A program made the position numbers and the translations under genes. 27,467 nt of DNA from a virus (taxonomy: Duplodnaviria; Caudoviricetes): the IMG/VR virus record IMGVR_UViG_3300009566_000016, positions 1-27,467 of that record; one strand, given 5' to 3'. The notes under the pieces were generated by a model. That model made no database searches. It had not been told where the DNA came from and worked only from the letters and a program-made list of their open reading frames with translations. This document shows, in pieces, positions 24,549 through 27,467 of this stretch (position 1 is the first letter of the stretch; each line of letters opens with the position of its first letter).

Positions 24549-25649
24549 TTGCTGAAAGTGCTTCGATATAGGATCTATCCTACGAAGTCTCAGAGATCCA
24601 AGATGGCTGACACCTTGGAGCTTTGCAGATGGACCTATAACGAAACGCTGGCTATTCGGAAGAACGCCTACGAACAGGAAGGCAAATCTGTCTCCTACTA
24701 CGAAACCAAAAAGCTCTTGCCACAATGGAAAGAGGAAAAGCCTGGATTGAGAGGTGTTCACTCACAGGTTCTACAGGAAGTAGTCAAGAGGGTTGACCTG
24801 GCATATCAGGCGTTCTTCCGTAGAGTCAAAGATGGCGAAGATCCTGGCTATCCTAGGTTCAAAGGATATGGCCAGTATGATAGCTTCACCTACACTCAAT
24901 CTGGTTTCTCCTTGGAACCTGGCAGGCTTTGGCTTTCCAAGATAGGCGACATCAAAATCAAGCTCCACAGAGCAATCGTTGGGGAGATTCAAAGGCTTAA
25001 CATCAGGAAAATGCCAACTGGAAAGTGGTTTGTGTCCTTCCTGGTTGATGTTGTTCCTGATGAACCTCTTCCAAAAACAGGGTTATCAATAGGTTTTGAC
25101 GTTGGCCTGAAGAGTTTCATCACCCTATCGACAGGCGTTCATGTAGATAACCCAAGGTTCTTCGTTCATGAAGAGAATGCTCTAGCAAAGGCACAGAGAA
25201 AGCTATCCAAAGCCAAAAAGGGAACACCTGAAAGAGCGAAAGCCTTGAAAGTGGTTCATCGCGTTCACGAAAGAATCACCAACAAGAGAGATGACTTTGT
25301 TCAAAAGCTATCTCTGAAACTTGTGGAGTCATACGACTTGATAGCCTTTGAAGATCTGAACATCAAAGGCATGGTCAAGAATCATTGTCTTGCAAAGCAT
25401 ATTGCGGATGCTGCCTGGAATAAGCTGATAACTACCACTTCTTACAAGGCAGAATGGGCCGGTAAACGTGTTGAACTGGTGAATCCTAATGGCACATCTC
25501 AAATATGCTCTGGCTGTGGTCAAGTGGTTCAAAAAGATCTATCCGAGAGAGTCCACAGATGTCTTTTCTGTGGTTTGATTCTGGATAGGGATCATAATGC
25601 AGCCTTAAACATTCTCAGACTGGGATTACAGTCTGTGGCGAAAGCCTAG
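24549..25649 (+). CDS. tnpB: RNA-guided endonuclease TnpB
   Basis: YRIYPT, GYPRFK, IGFDVG, AFEDL, CSGC/CLFC, DRDHNA; catalytic triad intact. Confidence 0.96.
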   Translation: MLKVLRYRIYPTKSQRSKMADTLELCRWTYNETLAIRKNAYEQEGKSVSYYETKKLLPQWKEEKPGLRGVHSQVLQEVVKRVDLAYQAFFRRVKDGEDPGYPRFKGYGQYDSFTYTQSGFSLEPGRLWLSKIGDIKIKLHRAIVGEIQRLNIRKMPTGKWFVSFLVDVVPDEPLPKTGLSIGFDVGLKSFITLSTGVHVDNPRFFVHEENALAKAQRKLSKAKKGTPERAKALKVVHRVHERITNKRDDFVQKLSLKLVESYDLIAFEDLNIKGMVKNHCLAKHIADAAWNKLITTTSYKAEWAGKRVELVNPNGTSQICSGCGQVVQKDLSERVHRCLFCGLILDRDHNAALNILRLGLQSVAKA

Positions 25650-25701
25650 ATGCCCGCCAATTCATTGGCGGGAGTAGTCACGGGCGCTCCTATCGGCCAT
25701 C
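25540..25701 (+). ncRNA. Predicted TnpB omega/reRNA; guide approximately GGGCGCTCCTATCGGCCATC (25682-25701)
   Basis: Inferred from right-end position; the 5' boundary is a guess. Confidence 0.55.
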
Positions 25702-25810
25702 ACGCTTGATGGCCGCCGTCCGCGCATAGCAGTTCGTCTTTCCCCTCGCCTTCGACATGGCTGCAGGTCTACCGCCTCCAGGATGTGAGGCCTTGCACAC
25801 CTACCGCCCT
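25682..25810. other. Structured non-coding element B, homologue of element A, interrupted at its edge by the IS
   Basis: CTCCTAT-CGGCCATCA-cgct-TGATGGCCG-[CCGTCCGCGC]-ATAG (25687-25729); boxes TCTACCGCCT (25768) and CCTACCGCCC (25800). Confidence 0.65.
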
Positions 25811-25968
25811 TTTAAGATCCGGCTCCCTACCCACTCATCAGAAATCGTTCTAATGCATGAAGAGAATAGAAAAGCCCTAAGCCGCATAGAATCCAGGATG
25901 CGACCCAAGAATCATGGTTACAACTGAAGAAGAGATACAAAGACAGAAGAGACTAAGAAGAAGACAGA

Positions 25969-26214
25969 TCAGCCCATAGACTTAAGATCTGCCTCCTGCT
26001 GCAGAGTCCATGCCTTGAACTCGCTGAAGTTCATCGAGCCTGTATAAGATTCATTGAACCAGCTCTGCAATGCAGAGTCGTTGTGAATGTCCAGAACTAC
26101 TGCATGGATCACAATGGACTTAACCGATTCATTCTGTCCGTTCTGTGCATCGTAGGCCAGTGCCAATGCTGACAGGACCAACAATGCTAAGATTGCTACT
26201 ATAACCTTCTTCAT
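25969..26214 (-). CDS. Small secreted or membrane-anchored protein
   Basis: MKKVIVAILALLVLSALALA signal-peptide-like N-terminus; GAGG SD; pyrimidine tract after the stop. Confidence 0.75.
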   Translation of the reverse strand: MKKVIVAILALLVLSALALAYDAQNGQNESVKSIVIHAVVLDIHNDSALQSWFNESYTGSMNFSEFKAWTLQQEADLKSMG

Positions 26215-26240
26215 TGTTTTGCCTCGAATTTGTTGTTATG

Positions 26241-27197
26241 TTATGCCGTGCCGTAGTGCCTGATAATCTTGATCGGCTGGAAGTACGATCGCTGGAACAA
26301 AGAGCCCTGCTTGAGGATCGGACTTTGCTGGTACTCGCTCATCCAGTTGTAAGGACCGACATCAGCCTTGATGCTGTTGAGGACAGCGAGCGGATACTTC
26401 TCAGGCCAGAGTGCATCTCCTTCCTTGCGACCTAAAGGATCATTCTCTTCAGCGATTGCGGGCAATGAGTAGACATACCAAGGTAAAAGAACACCCGAAT
26501 CATCTTCAGGTATCTTATGAGTGATAAGACGGCCAGGCAAGTCATCGACTGCCCAGCGGGTGGCCATCACAATGATGACACCATAAGGAGCCCAGGGCAG
26601 CGGGTTAACTCTTGGCCTTGCCGTCCCTGTATACCACTCCCATGTGCGTTCTTTGTATGTCGGAGACTCGGCTTGCTCTCTGTTTTTCGTCGGATCGTCG
26701 ATGATGAGAACATGAGCGGGATTGCCGGTGATAGGACCATTGGCACCAGCGGTAGTCATCCCGCCGCCAGCCGTCGTCTCCCATTGATTGGCTGCTCCTG
26801 AGCTATCCGAGATCCTAACCCTGAGAAGATCGGGATAACCCAGGATTCCATCTCTTACTCTCCTACCCCACTTCGCAGCGAACTCCGCCTCATAGCTGCA
26901 GAGAATTATCCAGAGCCAGGGGAACTGATCAAGAAGCCAGATCGGGAACCATCTTGAAACTAGCTCGGACTTTCCATGCTGTGGGGGGAGGTTAATGATC
27001 AGTCTCGGCAGCTTCCCCGCTACTGCCAGGGTCAATATTATCGACAGCTCCAGCAGGTGGCGGTACAATCTCCACTTGCCTTGCGATAGTTGCTGGGCCA
27101 TCGTGCCTGGCGTAGCCCGCCATACTTGCTGCAAGTTGCGCGGCAAGCCTAATGCTTTGTTCGTCTCCGGCCTGTATGATATCTCCGATCCATCCAT
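26241..27197 (-). CDS. terL: Terminase large subunit, N-terminal ATPase domain (separate gene)
   Basis: RLIINLPPQHGKS (Walker A), GPITG, VLIIDDPTKN (Walker B), MATRW, ALWPEKY, EYQQSP..GSLF, then a stop. Exact start uncertain. Confidence 0.92.
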   Translation of the reverse strand: MDGSEISYRPETNKALGLPRNLQQVWRATPGTMAQQLSQGKWRLYRHLLELSIILTLAVAGKLPRLIINLPPQHGKSELVSRWFPIWLLDQFPWLWIILCSYEAEFAAKWGRRVRDGILGYPDLLRVRISDSSGAANQWETTAGGGMTTAGANGPITGNPAHVLIIDDPTKNREQAESPTYKERTWEWYTGTARPRVNPLPWAPYGVIIVMATRWAVDDLPGRLITHKIPEDDSGVLLPWYVYSLPAIAEENDPLGRKEGDALWPEKYPLAVLNSIKADVGPYNWMSEYQQSPILKQGSLFQRSYFQPIKIIRHYGTA

Positions 27198-27465
27198 ACT
27201 GCTCCCAAGTTTGCGTGTTTGAGTTGAGATCGAGTGACTGCTTCGGCTTTCCTGCTACGCGGTCGAATAGGGAGTTGCAGAACTGAAGAACTAAAGCAGG
27301 GTCTTGCTGAGGAGAGAGATTCCTTAATGCTGTTCCGAACTTCTTCAATGCGAGCGGAGTTAGCTTCTCAAGCTCCGTTCTGATTTGCATTGATGATCGA
27401 TTAGCTGGAACGTTCCCAATAGTGAACCGGCCTTTATCATCTCTGCCAGATCCGGCCGCCTCCCC
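26992..27465 (-). CDS. terS: Terminase small subunit (5' end beyond the window)
   Basis: The frame stays open from 27390 to the window edge, adding GRDDKGRFTIGN, a common TerS N-terminal motif. LFDRVAGKPKQ motif; lies upstream of terL. Confidence 0.75.
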   Translation of the reverse strand, partial: GEAAGSGRDDKGRFTIGNVPANRSSMQIRTELEKLTPLALKKFGTALRNLSPQQDPALVLQFCNSLFDRVAGKPKQSLDLNSNTQTWEQYGWIGDIIQAGDEQSIRLAAQLAASMAGYARHDGPATIARQVEIVPPPAGAVDNIDPGSSGEAAETDH

Positions 27466-27467
27466 CC

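Larger units (their letters stand above)
24031..25681 (+). mobile_element. IS200/IS605-family element with tnpA and tnpB
   Basis: Left hairpin CCCGCCTTTTCAAAGGCGGG and right hairpin CCCGCCAATTCATTGGCGGG; right end TCAC at 25678-25681. The left guide AATC predicts TTAG, which is present at 24027-24030. Confidence 0.92.
1..27467. mobile_element. Archaeal tailed virus or provirus segment (HK97-type head module), probably infecting a Methanothrix-like methanogen
   Basis: Ordered terminase-portal-protease-scaffold-cement-capsid-adaptor genes on the minus strand; archaeal TATA boxes and GGTGA/GGAGGTG SD motifs; no host housekeeping genes. No att site or integrase seen, and TerS runs off the right edge. 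Host assignment is inference. Confidence 0.9.

Noticed and set aside
25834-25841. Hammerhead core CTGATGAG on the minus strand
   Set aside because: No stem II closed by CGAAA and no matching stems I and III could be found.
25872-25882. Pistol-ribozyme-like AAGCCCTAAGC
   Set aside because: The upstream hairpin with a complementary TTAGGG loop is absent.
24006-26240. Group I/II intron or intein explaining the terL split
   Set aside because: No recognisable group I P7 or group II domain V sequence, no intein termini, no reverse transcriptase or homing nuclease, and no bulge-helix-bulge pairing found by eye. Not formally excluded without RNA data.

Overview
The window is most of a head-tail (HK97-fold, Caudoviricetes-type) virus or provirus. 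TATA boxes, GGTGA/GGAGGTG ribosome-binding sites and the protein families point to an archaeal host, probably a Methanothrix-like methanogen (inferred). Layout: (i) a leftward early operon (56-3975) with ArdC, a SWIM zinc finger and small Cys-rich proteins; (ii) a repeat-rich control region (3976-7500) with a tnpB-only IS200/IS605-family element, a lone hicB and a candidate origin; (iii) a rightward operon of small regulators and Cys-rich proteins (7519-11941); (iv) a leftward morphogenesis operon (12055-27467): TerS, TerL, portal, protease, scaffold, cement, major capsid, adaptor and a minimal tail set. The stand-out feature is a 1040-aa polyprotein in the prohead-protease slot. It joins a Pol-beta-type nucleotidyltransferase, an ATP-dependent DNA ligase, a degenerate uracil-DNA-glycosylase fold, a LigD-type 3'-phosphoesterase and an XkdF-type maturation protease, suggesting a virion-loaded DNA-repair kit. 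Also notable: the large terminase is split into separate ATPase and nuclease genes; an unassigned covarying structured element occurs twice; and no tail tube, tape measure, integrase or replication initiator is recognisable. All protein assignments come from reading motifs by eye, with no database search.
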